45,701 bases of DNA from a virus: the IMG/VR virus record IMGVR_UViG_3300045988_044939. One strand, given 5' to 3'. Below the pieces are notes generated by a model that ran no database searches, was not told the origin of the DNA, and was given only the letters and a program-made list of their open reading frames with translations. Below, one piece after another: positions 32,935 through 43,166 of the stretch. A program made the position numbers and the translations under genes. The first letter of the stretch is position 1. Each line of letters starts with the position of its first letter.

Positions 32935-33435
32935 ATGGCTGCTGATGGCTCAGTCATTATTGATACTAGGATGGACACATCAGGTGTGCAAAACGGCGTA
33001 TCAGCAATCAGGCAGTCTTTTAACGGACTTGGCAGCGTAGTAAAAAAAATAGGTGTACTGATTGGCGGAGCATTCGCAATTGGGAAACTGGCCCAGTTTG
33101 GGAAAGAGTGCGTAGAGCTTGGCTCTAATCTGGCAGAAGTGCAGAATGTGGTCGATGTTACTTTTACAACCATGTCTGATAAGGTTAATGAATTTGCAAA
33201 GAACGCCATGACCTCTGCCGGTCTGTCAGAAACAATGGCAAAACAGTATGTCGGAACGTTCGGGGCAATGTCTAAGTCGTTCGGTTTCTCTGAGGCACAG
33301 GCTTACGATATGTCAACGGCTCTGACACAGTTAACTGGCGATGTGGCATCATTCTACAACATTTCACAAGACTTGGCTTATATAAAACTAAAGTCAGTTT
33401 TTACAGGAGAAACGGAAACACTTAAAGACTTGGGT
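32935..33435 (+). CDS. tape measure protein, exon 1
   Basis: Ends ...SVFTGETETLKDLG, inside the conserved TMP core motif. The TAA at 33436-33438 is intronic. Confidence 0.8.
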
Positions 33436-34335
33436 TAACAATTAGCTCCCTTACACAGCAATGTGTATTGAATAACATGGTGAACGAAGAAATCTTCGGT
33501 GTGTTGCTTTATGAGCAATGCTAACGGTAAAAGCCTAAAATTATTTAAAAAACTTGTGGTTATGACACCTATATGATATAATATTTATAGGAGGTGATTT
33601 CCATGAGTGAAGAAATTTGGAAAGATATTAACGGCTACGAAGGTCTGTATCAAGTAAGCAATCTGGGAAGAATAAAAAGTCTTGAGCGTAGATGCAAAGC
33701 AAAATGGTATACAAGAAAAGTACCAGAGAAAATTTATTCTCCTGCGCTTGATACTTACGGTTATCCAATAGTCTCTTTGCATAAAGACGGCAAAAAGAAA
33801 ACAATCACAATTCATAAATTGGTTGCAAATGCTTTTCTTAAAAAGCCGGACGGTTGCAATTCTATTAATCACATTGACGAAAACAAGCAGAATAATTGTG
33901 TTGAAAATCTTGAATGGTGTACTGTTCAAGAAAACAATGCTTATGGAACGAGAGTAGAACGACTAAGAAAAACTCAGCAAAGAGCAGTTCTACAATGTGA
34001 TTTAAATGGAAACGTAATCAAAGAATGGGAAGGAATGAACTTCCTTTGCAGAGAAACAGGATACGATCAAGGCCTAATATCTAAAGTATGCAACAATGTT
34101 TATAGGCATCGCACTGCATATGGATTCAAATGGAAATTTAAATAATCATGGTAATACCGTGCTAAGCATCGAAGAGTCTCAATAAGAGGCTCTTTTTTTG
34201 ATGAAAGTGTAACGACTATTCCGTAAGGAAGTAGGTTTAAGGTGAAATTCCCTATTCCGAAGTGCCATGCATCCAATTTGGATGAAGAGATAGTCTACTC
34301 CCCTAATAAATATCGGGAAACCGAGGGTATAAAGG
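33436..34335 (+). mobile_element. group I intron (IA2, T4 td-like core) carrying an HNH homing endonuclease ORF
   Basis: 5-prime junction TTGGGT|TAA as in td. The 3-prime core is TAACGACTATTCC..GGAAGTAGGTTTAAGGTG..AGATAGTCTACTCC and ends in G (34335). Joining the exons gives in-frame ...LKDLG-VVMTQSAL.... Confidence 0.8.
33603..34145 (+). CDS. HNH homing endonuclease (NUMOD4 + HNH_3)
   Basis: WKDINGYEGLYQVSNLGRIKS (NUMOD4) and INHIDENKQNNCVENLEWCTVQEN (HNH). ATG lies 6 nt after AGGAGGTG. Confidence 0.85.
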   Translation: MSEEIWKDINGYEGLYQVSNLGRIKSLERRCKAKWYTRKVPEKIYSPALDTYGYPIVSLHKDGKKKTITIHKLVANAFLKKPDGCNSINHIDENKQNNCVENLEWCTVQENNAYGTRVERLRKTQQRAVLQCDLNGNVIKEWEGMNFLCRETGYDQGLISKVCNNVYRHRTAYGFKWKFK

Positions 34336-36561
34336 GTCGTTATGACACAAAGTGCGCTTGACCAGTACGCACTGGCAAATGGTTATGGTAAAACCACATC
34401 TGCCATGACTGAGCAGGAGAAAGTAGCTCTCCGTCTGGCTTTTGTGCAGAAACAGTTATCAGCCGCATCTGGTGACTTCATCCGTACTTCTGACAGCTGG
34501 GCGAACCAAGTGCGAGTTATGCAGTTACAGCTGCAGTCTCTCAAGGCAACAGTCGGGCAGGGACTGATTAATATTTTCACGCCTGTTCTGAAAGTGATTA
34601 ATGTTCTGCTAGGCAAACTGGCAACTTTGGCGAATGCTTTCAAAAGCTTCACGGAGCTTATCACCGGTAAGAAATCCTCCGGTCAGACAAGCGGAAGTGG
34701 AGCAGGTCTCACAGGCGATGCAAGTGGCGTGCAGGATACGGCAGATGCTTACGGACAGGCAGCAGACAATGCCGGCAAGTTAGCAGATTCTACAGAAGAT
34801 GTAGCCGATGCAACAAAAGATGCGGCAAAAGCGGCGAAAGGATATCTTAGTCCACTCGATGAAATTAATCGGTATTCTACGCAGGATGCATCATCAACAG
34901 CAAGCAAAACTCCGTCGACATCCGGTAGCGGGAGTGGCGGCGGCGGAACATCTCTTCCGAGTGCAGTCAGCAACGTAGATTATGGAAAGATGGCGGAGGG
35001 TGAAACCGCTCTGGACAAAATCAGCAAATCAGCTGAAAAGCTTGCGAAGCTCTTAAAAAGGCTCTGGAAACCATTCCAGGACGCTTGGAAAAAAGAGGGT
35101 AAGAACACCATTGACGCGGCAAACATTGCCTTGTCGGGAATCGCAAAGCTCGCTAAGAGTGTAGGCAGGAGCCTTGTAGAAGTCTGGACAAATGGAACAG
35201 GTACGACAATGCTTACAAACATGTTAAGGATTGCTCAGAATGTGCTTAAGACTATCGGTAACATTGCATCCGGTTTTGCCGATGCGTGGAACAAGAATAA
35301 TGTCGGAACGCAGATTATCCAAAACATTGCAGATGCTCTTGTAGTAGTCATGCAGTTTGTTGAGAGGATTGCCGCAGATACGGCAACATGGGCGGCGAAC
35401 TTGGACTTCTATCCGCTATTGGAATCTATCAGCAATTTAACGAGCGCATTTGCTCCAATTCTGGAATCTATTGGAAATGTCCTTGAATGGATTTACAACA
35501 ACATTGTCCTCCCGATGCTGAAATGGGTCATTGAAGTAGGACTTCCGACAGTGATTAATTTAGTGTCGAAAGTAGCTACGTTTCTCGCCGATCATCAGTC
35601 GATCGTTGAAGCGTTCGGTGTGGCCCTGATCGGGGCGTTCGCAGCGGCAAAGATTGCGGGATTGGCATCGAGTGTTATTAAGAGTGTGTCTGGAATAGCC
35701 ATGTCTGCAAAGGGACTTATCTCGTTAATGACTGGTACAGGTGGCATCATGGGTGGTATCAAAGCTATTGCAACAGCTATCGGACCAGGTGGAGTCTTTG
35801 TTCTTGCAGTCGGCGCATGTATTGCGATTGGTGTATTACTGTACAAAAACTGGGACAAAATCAAAGAAATGGCTGGAAAGGTATGGGATTGGATTTCTAA
35901 TAAAACAAGGCGTTTTGTTGAGGATATTGGGAATAAGCTCAGAGGTCTAGCTACCAAAATGACGACCATTTGGGGGAACATGAAGGCCAGCGCACATCAG
36001 AAATGGAATGCTATATGGTCTACTGTTAGTGGCTTTGCTGAAAGAATCAAGAACGCTATTGTTGATAAATTCACATCCGCCAAAAACACTGTAGTCGATG
36101 TATTTAACGGAATGAGAGATGCTATCAGGTCTGTTCTGAACAACATCATAAGTGTTGTAAACGGGGCTATCAGTAAAGTGAATGGAGTTGTTAGTGCGAT
36201 TGAATCAGCGTTCTCTTTCGGCCCATGGAAAGTACCGACCCCATTCGGCTCAAAGACTATCGGATTCAGAGCTACTTTCCCAAGAGTGCCGACGGTCCCG
36301 TATTTAGCCAAGGGTGCAGTTATTCCACCAAGAAGTGAGTTCCTTGCAGTCTTAGGAGACCAGAAGCAGGGTAACAACATCGAGACACCAGAAGCTCTAC
36401 TCAGAAAGATTGTCCGAGAAGAAACAGCAGGACGGCAGGCAGGCGGTGGAAGTTACCGATTTACAGCGCAGATCAACCGCAGGACACTGTTTGACGAGAT
36501 GATGAAAGAAGCACAGATGAGACGAGATACAAGCGGTAGAAACCCGTTCGAGATGGCATAG
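34336..36561 (+). CDS. tape measure protein, exon 2
   Basis: VVMTQSALDQYALANGYGK... continues the TMP core, with a long helical and TM-rich body. Stop TAG 36559-36561. Confidence 0.8.
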   Translation, partial: VVMTQSALDQYALANGYGKTTSAMTEQEKVALRLAFVQKQLSAASGDFIRTSDSWANQVRVMQLQLQSLKATVGQGLINIFTPVLKVINVLLGKLATLANAFKSFTELITGKKSSGQTSGSGAGLTGDASGVQDTADAYGQAADNAGKLADSTEDVADATKDAAKAAKGYLSPLDEINRYSTQDASSTASKTPSTSGSGSGGGGTSLPSAVSNVDYGKMAEGETALDKISKSAEKLAKLLKRLWKPFQDAWKKEGKNTIDAANIALSGIAKLAKSVGRSLVEVWTNGTGTTMLTNMLRIAQNVLKTIGNIASGFADAWNKNNVGTQIIQNIADALVVVMQFVERIAADTATWAANLDFYPLLESISNLTSAFAPILESIGNVLEWIYNNIVLPMLKWVIEVGLPTVINLVSKVATFLADHQSIVEAFGVALIGAFAAAKIAGLASSVIKSVSGIAMSAKGLISLMTGTGGIMGGIKAIATAIGPGGVFVLAVGACIAIGVLLYKNWDKIKEMAGKVWDWISNKTRRFVEDIGNKLRGLATKMTTIWGNMKASAHQKWNAIWSTVSGFAERIKNAIVDKFTSAKNTVVDVFNGMRDAIRSVLNNIISVVNGAISKVNGVVSAIESAFSFGPWKVPTPFGSKTIGFRATFPRVPTVPYLAKGAVIPPRSEFLAVLGDQKQGNNIETPEALLRKIVREETAGRQAGGGSYRFTAQINRRTLFDEMMKEAQMRRDTSGRNPFEMA

Positions 36562-36574
36562 AAAGGAGGGCGTT

Positions 36575-36949
36575 ATGGAAAAGTATAAAATCAACGGAAC
36601 AATAATTTGGCAACCGGATAAAGACCTTGCGCTCTCCTTTGCTACGACTTACACGGAATCCAGCCAGAGGACGCAATACGGTGTAGGTTACTTTACACCG
36701 ATGTTTACCGTAGAACAGTATACGTACAAGGCTAGCGATCTCCCGATGGCAGAGGCAACCAAGATTTTGCAGATGGTGGCAAAAGGTTATAAATTTACGC
36801 TTCATTATTTCTCGCCATATTACGGAGTTTGGAGAGACGCTCCGTTCTACGTAGGGCAGACACAAAACATAGCTATCGGAGAATTATCAGATGACAGAAA
36901 AATACTATCATCGCTAGAATTTAACATGACGGGGGTGAACCCACTGTGA
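36575..36949 (+). CDS. small tail component (distal-tail position)
   Basis: Lies between the tape measure and tail fibre genes; GAAAGGAGGG RBS. Confidence 0.5.
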   Translation: MEKYKINGTIIWQPDKDLALSFATTYTESSQRTQYGVGYFTPMFTVEQYTYKASDLPMAEATKILQMVAKGYKFTLHYFSPYYGVWRDAPFYVGQTQNIAIGELSDDRKILSSLEFNMTGVNPL

Positions 36950-39900
36950 TTAATGTAAGTAATGCATTCAGAGAAAAGCTTGAAGCCGGTGAACCAGTCA
37001 GAATGGTAGTGGATATCACCTTTCCTGACGGGACGAAAAAGACCATTGACAAAGATGTCATGAACGGCGACAACGGGTTTTCCGACTGCGCAGATAGCAG
37101 TAGCTTTCCGATCGGCGCTACTGTCTGTAAAACACTGACACTGAGTATTAATAACGATCAGGAACAGTGGAAGAACTACAACTTTTACGGAGCCAAGATT
37201 CATGCTTATCTGAAGCTTCAGACGTCGTATGCGGCGCCGGAATCTGTAAGCACACTGTTAGATGAAAGTTATAACCCGATTCTGGACAGCGTCGGTGATC
37301 CTATCATCGCAACACAGGCAGCTACAAAAGACATCATTGAAACTATTGACAAGGGAGTCTATACAGTCACTACGCCAGAGCAATACTCAGATATCATCAA
37401 TGTTACGGCGCTGGATGATATGTATAAGGCGAATAAGACATATACCAGCGGATTGAAACTGCCGCAGTCACTCATTAACCTTGTCAGAGATGCTTGTAAG
37501 ACTGTCGGCATAGGCATGAATCTGACTATGAAACATGGCGATATTATAATAAGAAGCGTTCCTGACAGTATGACATTTCGCCAGCTGTTCGGATATGCGG
37601 CTATGGTTGAGTCTGCGAACGCGCGAATTGATTATTTCGGGAATCTCCAGTTTGTGAAATGGGATTTTGAAAAAGCAGATGTTCCGGAATTGAAGAACTA
37701 TGGAAACCCACCTACACTTTCTAGTGACGATATAGTTATAACTGGAATCAAGGTAACGAACGGGCAGTCAAACGACGATGCTAATACTGATTATTCCGGC
37801 ATGTACGGAGATGAAGGCTACGTCCTTGAACTTGAGAACGAGCTGATTGATACCGATCAGCTTCAGACAGTAGCGAATATCATCGGCGAACAGATTGTAG
37901 GAGCGCGATTCCGGAACCTTGAGGGTGATCTGGTGTACAATCCACTCGTCGAGTTTGGCGACATGGTGTACACTTACGACCGATTAGGGAATAAGTACCT
38001 TACTCCTCTGACAGACGTTTCCGGAAATGTAGGCGGCCTGACTACAGTTAAGACACAGGCCGATGATCCAATCAGAGGCAGCAGTGACTTTTACGGGAAC
38101 AGCACGAAAGCTATAGTTGCGGCACGTCAGATGGTACAAAAAGAAACATCCGCAAGAGAAGAGGCTATAAAGAGATTAGCTGAAACACTCAATTCTTCAA
38201 GCGGTCTGTATATGACACAAGAGCCACAGCAGGACGGTAGCATCATATACTATATGCACAACAAAGCAACCATGGCGGAATCTAACATAATCTGGAAACT
38301 GACAGCAGAAGCATTTGCCGTGTCGATTGATGGTGGAAAAACGTATCCTTACGGCTTTGCGGTGACTGGCGAATTAATAACCAGGCTACTCTATGCAGAG
38401 GGCATCAACGCCGACTATATTAACGCAGGAACGCTCATCGTAAGAGACAAAAGTGGAAATGCGATATTTGAAGCGGATATGGATACCGGATCAGTTACCC
38501 TTAACGGAAGTTATGTGACGATCGGCGGTAAACCACTTGATGAAAAGATTGAAGATGTTGAGAACATGGCAGCTCTGGCCAGAAACATGACCATGCAGCT
38601 TGATAACGACTATCAGGGAATCCCGGTAGACTCTGACGGCAACTATACAGAGTTCCCGGAGTGCACCACAACGGCGACCGTCATGTACGGCACACAGGAT
38701 ATCACGGATAACTGCACGTACACGATTACGACATCCCAGAACATACAGGGAAACTGGAATAAGGAAACTAAGACATACACCGTTACCGGACTGACCGCAG
38801 ACAGCGGATGGGTGAACATCAAGGCGGCATATCTGAACAACCTTGTCGTATCGAAACAGTTCTCACTTGCGAAACAGTACGCCGGACCGCAGGGAATTCC
38901 GGGCGTTGGAATAGATGGAAAGACAACGTATCTGCATATCCAGTACGCACCGGTACAGAACCCGACAGCGGCGCAGATGAGCAAGACACCGGATAAGTAT
39001 ATCGGAACTTATACGGACTTTTCTGGCGTCGACAGTACTGACCCGAGCAAGTACACGTGGGCGAAATTCGAGGGCGATCAGGGCGCACAGGGACCGAAGG
39101 GGGCGGACGGAAAGACGCCATACTTCCACATCGCATATGCTAACAGCGCTGATGGCAGAACAGGTTTCTCCGTGGATGATAGTGTCAATAAGCTGTATAT
39201 CGGTCAGTATACCGATTACGCGCCGGATGATAGTACAGACCCGACGAAATATAGTTGGACGAAAATCAAGGGCGAACAGGGAACTGCCGGAAGGACTTAT
39301 TTCTTCCAGTCAAACGCTGATGTTTTGCTGATGGGGGCTGACAAGAAGATAACACCGGCGCCGCTCATTGTAGATTCGTTCTATCGTGACGGAAACGGCG
39401 AAGTTGCACAGTCACAAAAAGGTTGGTGGAAACTGGAAAAATCCACCGACAGCGGCGCTACATGGGCAATACTCACGGTATCGCAGACTGCGGCACTTGA
39501 CCGCCTGAAGATTAATGTCAACGGACTGTCACTCAAGGCCCATGATATGCTCAAGGTTTCGCTGTATTTCGACCAGTCAAAAACGAAGCTTGCGGACTAC
39601 CAGACATATCCCGTTGCGGTTGATGTGGCGTCTCTGACACAGGAGCAGATTGTCGATATCTTGTCAGACGATGGGAAATTCAAGGGGCTGTACTACGAAA
39701 AGGATGAAAGCGGAAACCAGACACTGTTTATTTCGTTCAATGCCATGAAAGGTGGCGTCATCAGTCTTGGCGGCACGAATAACGGAAACGGTCAGCTGAA
39801 GATTTACGATGCTGACGGAAATCAGATATCGAGATTAGGATATACCGGATATGTCGTGCTTAATAAGAATACCGGGAATCCAATGGTATCTCTTAATACT

Positions 39901-40764
39901 GCCGGATTGCGACTATATACAGACTATACGGATTCAGAGAACTACAATGCACTGATGCTTGGAAAGTATGGACTGTATGCACAGAAAGTTCAAAATAAAG
40001 TGCCTGAACTTTGGATGGAAGGTGATACGAGCAAAAAATGGGAAGGCTATATTGTTCGCTATCTGAACAACAAAGTCCGAATAAATACAAACTCACTTTT
40101 TACGGACGGATGCGAACTTGGAGCAAATTTTTCGACAGATGGAAGTGCAACTATTGGTAAAAGCTTGAGCGTAGGCGGAAACGCAACTGTCGATGGAACC
40201 CTTATGTTCTACGACTTGCAAAATCAAGCAAAAACATCCGGCAAAGTCAAAAGACAGCCGGTGGCGTCTGTAAGTGCAGTTGGTTCACAGGTGGCTTATT
40301 TTTCGTCAGGAAAAGGGACGCCAGCGGGTTCAACGGCAACATACAGGCGTTTAGGAGTTTGTGCTCAATGGGGAGGGACTTCTAGTGCGGCAGCTTCTTT
40401 TGCCACAGACTATTTGTATACTGGCACGCAGGTTTCAGATATTCGTCTGAAGGACAACATCAAGAACAGCACAACAACTGCCCTCGAAACAGTTAATCAG
40501 ATGAAAGTCCGTCAGTTTGACTGGAAGAAAGAGAGAGGTGGATGGCATCAAAATATCGGTTTCGTGGCAGATGAACTGGAAGAAATCGACCCGAACTTGG
40601 CTCTGGGCGGCGGATATGACGAAAACGGCGAGATGGACATTAAACAGATTAACAGCCCGTACTTGCTGAACTACGCTATCAAAGCCATACAGGAACTTAG
40701 CGCAAAGGTTGACGAGCAAGAGAAACGTATTAAAGAATTAGAAAGGAGATTAAGTAATGGGTAA
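36946..40764 (+). CDS. tail-associated / tail fibre protein with C-terminal S74 intramolecular chaperone domain
   Basis: GTG start in a GTGA overlap. It contains collagen-like triplets and repeats. The C-terminal SDIRLKDNI...VRQFDWK...GFVADELEEIDP matches Peptidase_S74. Confidence 0.85.
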   Translation: MINVSNAFREKLEAGEPVRMVVDITFPDGTKKTIDKDVMNGDNGFSDCADSSSFPIGATVCKTLTLSINNDQEQWKNYNFYGAKIHAYLKLQTSYAAPESVSTLLDESYNPILDSVGDPIIATQAATKDIIETIDKGVYTVTTPEQYSDIINVTALDDMYKANKTYTSGLKLPQSLINLVRDACKTVGIGMNLTMKHGDIIIRSVPDSMTFRQLFGYAAMVESANARIDYFGNLQFVKWDFEKADVPELKNYGNPPTLSSDDIVITGIKVTNGQSNDDANTDYSGMYGDEGYVLELENELIDTDQLQTVANIIGEQIVGARFRNLEGDLVYNPLVEFGDMVYTYDRLGNKYLTPLTDVSGNVGGLTTVKTQADDPIRGSSDFYGNSTKAIVAARQMVQKETSAREEAIKRLAETLNSSSGLYMTQEPQQDGSIIYYMHNKATMAESNIIWKLTAEAFAVSIDGGKTYPYGFAVTGELITRLLYAEGINADYINAGTLIVRDKSGNAIFEADMDTGSVTLNGSYVTIGGKPLDEKIEDVENMAALARNMTMQLDNDYQGIPVDSDGNYTEFPECTTTATVMYGTQDITDNCTYTITTSQNIQGNWNKETKTYTVTGLTADSGWVNIKAAYLNNLVVSKQFSLAKQYAGPQGIPGVGIDGKTTYLHIQYAPVQNPTAAQMSKTPDKYIGTYTDFSGVDSTDPSKYTWAKFEGDQGAQGPKGADGKTPYFHIAYANSADGRTGFSVDDSVNKLYIGQYTDYAPDDSTDPTKYSWTKIKGEQGTAGRTYFFQSNADVLLMGADKKITPAPLIVDSFYRDGNGEVAQSQKGWWKLEKSTDSGATWAILTVSQTAALDRLKINVNGLSLKAHDMLKVSLYFDQSKTKLADYQTYPVAVDVASLTQEQIVDILSDDGKFKGLYYEKDESGNQTLFISFNAMKGGVISLGGTNNGNGQLKIYDADGNQISRLGYTGYVVLNKNTGNPMVSLNTAGLRLYTDYTDSENYNALMLGKYGLYAQKVQNKVPELWMEGDTSKKWEGYIVRYLNNKVRINTNSLFTDGCELGANFSTDGSATIGKSLSVGGNATVDGTLMFYDLQNQAKTSGKVKRQPVASVSAVGSQVAYFSSGKGTPAGSTATYRRLGVCAQWGGTSSAAASFATDYLYTGTQVSDIRLKDNIKNSTTTALETVNQMKVRQFDWKKERGGWHQNIGFVADELEEIDPNLALGGGYDENGEMDIKQINSPYLLNYAIKAIQELSAKVDEQEKRIKELERRLSNG
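38881..39300 (+). repeat. internal tandem protein repeats in the tail fibre gene
   Basis: G-x-QG...DGKT(T/P)Y(L/F)HI(Q/A)YA...YIG(T/Q)YTD...DS(T)DP(S/T)KY(T/S)W(A/T)K occurs twice, with a partial third copy. Confidence 0.7.
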
Positions 40765-41139
40765 ATTTAACGAGTATTCACAGAAATCTGGAACTGGATC
40801 GTTGAGAAACTGACCAATGCGGTCATCAGCAACTTGCAGACGAACAACCAGACGGTACTGGGGGCGATTAATGAATTAAATAATAACCCCTTTCTGAGGT
40901 ACGAAAGAACCTACGGAACATCTCTTACGGTTTCGAACGTGCGTGGCGCTACGCATGGTTTGATATTAATAGGTTACACTCTTATCCCATTCTATATTAG
41001 TGGTTCTAGTACATTGGGATATGCTATTGCAACACCGCAACTTCCAGACGAAATCAGTGTTTCAAACAACGGACGTGCAGTTACTATTACAGCAAAAACA
41101 GCTCAAGTAATAACCTGCATCTATCCGTATATGAAATAA
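40757..41139 (+). pseudogene. tail-module gene with an apparent -1 frameshift near 40786
   Basis: ATG 40757 (AAGGAG 8 nt upstream) gives MGKFNEYSQKS... and stops at 40811-40813. The -1 frame is open from 40771 (..EIWNWIVEKLTNAVISNLQTNNQTVLGAINEL...) to 41139 but has no ATG. The track starts it at TTG 40834, which has no RBS. Confidence 0.5.
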
Positions 41140-41228
41140 TTTTTTTCCGTCTTTCCATTTAGTTCGTTAAAAAATCATAAAAAGCTACCAATGGAGCGTG
41201 GAATCTGTACGCTACAGCCACTACAAAT

Positions 41229-42677
41229 ATGTTTCATGATTTCATGAAAGGAGTTGATAATTTGGAAATTAAAGGTATTGACGTATCATCCAATCAAGGA
41301 AAACCGGACTGGTCGAAAGTGGCTAAATCCGGTATCAAATTCGCAATCTTGAGAGTACATCAGAAAACAGGTGTTGACGGCTCATTCGAGTACAACTACA
41401 GGGGATGCAAGAGCAACGGAATCCTTGTTGGTGGATATAAGTACAGTTACGCTCTGACACCGGCACAGGCTATTGATGAAGCGGAAGACGTGATCGCCGC
41501 ACTAAACGGGCGAGGACTGGACTTTCCGATGTTTTATGATCTCGAGTGGTCTAATCAGCGAAAACTCGGTAAACAGGCAGTCGAAAACATTGCAGTTGCC
41601 TTTCTGACAAGGATGAAAAAAGCTGGTTATAAGGTCGGTATCTACTGCAATCTGGACTGGTACAACGGCGTTCTGACTGACGCACTCAGAAAGTATGAGT
41701 GCTGGATTGCACATTACCCAGACCCCGATAATGGAACAATGCAAACAAGGGTAAAACCAAAAGCAGGAATTGGCTGGCAGTATTCCAGCAAAGGAAAAGT
41801 ATCTGGAATCAGCGGCAACGTTGACATGGATGTGTTCTACAAGGACTATAGAGGAACAGCACAGAAAGGAGAAACTAAAATGGTAAAAATCAGTAACTGT
41901 GGGCATGACGAAAACGGAAGATATGCAGGTGGAAAAGCAGGAGATCAGACTGGGACAGAGTATCAGATCATGAACTGGTACAGCAGACCGTGGCTCTGCG
42001 TCCTGAGATTTAATGATGCTAAAATCGCATCCATGATTGCAGACATGGCGACAAAAGCAGCACAAAACAATCTCATCGGCTACGATCAGGGTACCGCCGG
42101 AAACAGCAATGACCGGTATACGTTCTGGCAGCACTTAAAGGCAAGTAACTACGATCCGGCACAGATCACGGTAGCTTGTGAATCTGATTGCAGTGCGAGC
42201 ACAGCAGCTATCGTCAAAGGGGCTGGGTATCGATTAAATAACGCAAAACTCAAAGCAGTCAGCATCTATCTGACAACACGAAACATGAGGGCCGCAATGA
42301 AGGCTGCCGGTGCGAAAGTACTGACGGATAGTAAGTATCTGACATCTGGTGACTATTTAAAGGCAGGAGATATCCTCCTGAACGATAATCACCACGTGGC
42401 TATTGCTGTTACCACCGGTGCAAAAGTAAGTACACCTTCAACTACGCTTACCGGTACCTTCCAGACAAGACTTCCGATTCTGAGAAAGGGCAGTTCCGGT
42501 ACAGCTGTGGCAATGCTTCAGGCGATGCTGGGCGTAGAAGTTGACGGACAGTTTGGGAATGACACATATGATTCCCTCAAAGTTTTCCAGAAAAATGTCG
42601 GTGTAAAGGCAAATGGAACTTGCGGCATTGATACCTGGAAGAGAGTGATTGAGCACATGAAAGCCAACACGAAATGA
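41229..42677 (+). CDS. endolysin: GH25 muramidase + NlpC/P60-like Cys/His domain + PG_binding_1
   Basis: IKGIDVSSNQG...FAILR...YDLEW (GH25); ESDCSAS...NHHVAIAV (putative Cys/His hydrolase); LRKGSSGTAVAMLQAML...DGQFGNDT (PG-binding). The likely true start is TTG 41262, 8 nt after AAAGGAG. Confidence 0.85.
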   Translation: MFHDFMKGVDNLEIKGIDVSSNQGKPDWSKVAKSGIKFAILRVHQKTGVDGSFEYNYRGCKSNGILVGGYKYSYALTPAQAIDEAEDVIAALNGRGLDFPMFYDLEWSNQRKLGKQAVENIAVAFLTRMKKAGYKVGIYCNLDWYNGVLTDALRKYECWIAHYPDPDNGTMQTRVKPKAGIGWQYSSKGKVSGISGNVDMDVFYKDYRGTAQKGETKMVKISNCGHDENGRYAGGKAGDQTGTEYQIMNWYSRPWLCVLRFNDAKIASMIADMATKAAQNNLIGYDQGTAGNSNDRYTFWQHLKASNYDPAQITVACESDCSASTAAIVKGAGYRLNNAKLKAVSIYLTTRNMRAAMKAAGAKVLTDSKYLTSGDYLKAGDILLNDNHHVAIAVTTGAKVSTPSTTLTGTFQTRLPILRKGSSGTAVAMLQAMLGVEVDGQFGNDTYDSLKVFQKNVGVKANGTCGIDTWKRVIEHMKANTK

Positions 42678-42870
42678 TGTTCTGATTGATTTTCCCTTCA
42701 GAACAAGTTATACTGTTAGCAGTCGCACAGGGATTGAACTTATGACGTATAGCACCCTGTGTGGCTAGCACAAGTTGATAGTGCAGACTGATTCCGACGT
42801 GCATGAACGGAAGAGCTGTATGTCCCAATTCGGGGGCTGTCAGCAGCGGCACGAGCGGACAGTCAGAAAA

Positions 42871-42905
42871 AGAGTTGGGCCTAAAAACCCGACTCTCTTT
42901 TTTTA
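42871..42905 (+). terminator. rho-independent terminator ending the late operon
   Basis: AGAGTTGGG / CCCGACTCT stem (one G-U pair) followed by CTTTTTTT. Confidence 0.8.
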
Positions 42906-42943
42906 CGTTAAATTACGATGTTATGAACAGATATAGATTTACA

Positions 42944-42968
42944 CGGTTAGTCACAAATTAGTCACAAG
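42944..42968. repeat. tandem TTAGTCACA repeat, copy set 1
   Basis: CGGTTAGTCACAAATTAGTCACAAG. A near-identical set lies at 43142-43166. Confidence 0.75.
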
Positions 42969-43141
42969 CAAAGCCTGGAAACCCGCATAAACAAAGGATT
43001 CTTGAAGACTTTCATTAAAATTAGATTAAAGAAAATGTCTTTGCGAAATCCCTTGTAAAATGCGGAAAAGCCAGTAAAATCAAGGCTTTGCAGACTTTCG
43101 TTAGAGTGATTAAGACATTTTAAAAACGATAAAAATAGGAA

Positions 43142-43166
43142 CGGTTAGTCACAGTTAGTCACAAAC
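43142..43166. repeat. tandem TTAGTCACA repeat, copy set 2 (overlaps the integrase stop)
   Basis: CGGTTAGTCACAGTTAGTCACAAAC. Confidence 0.75.
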
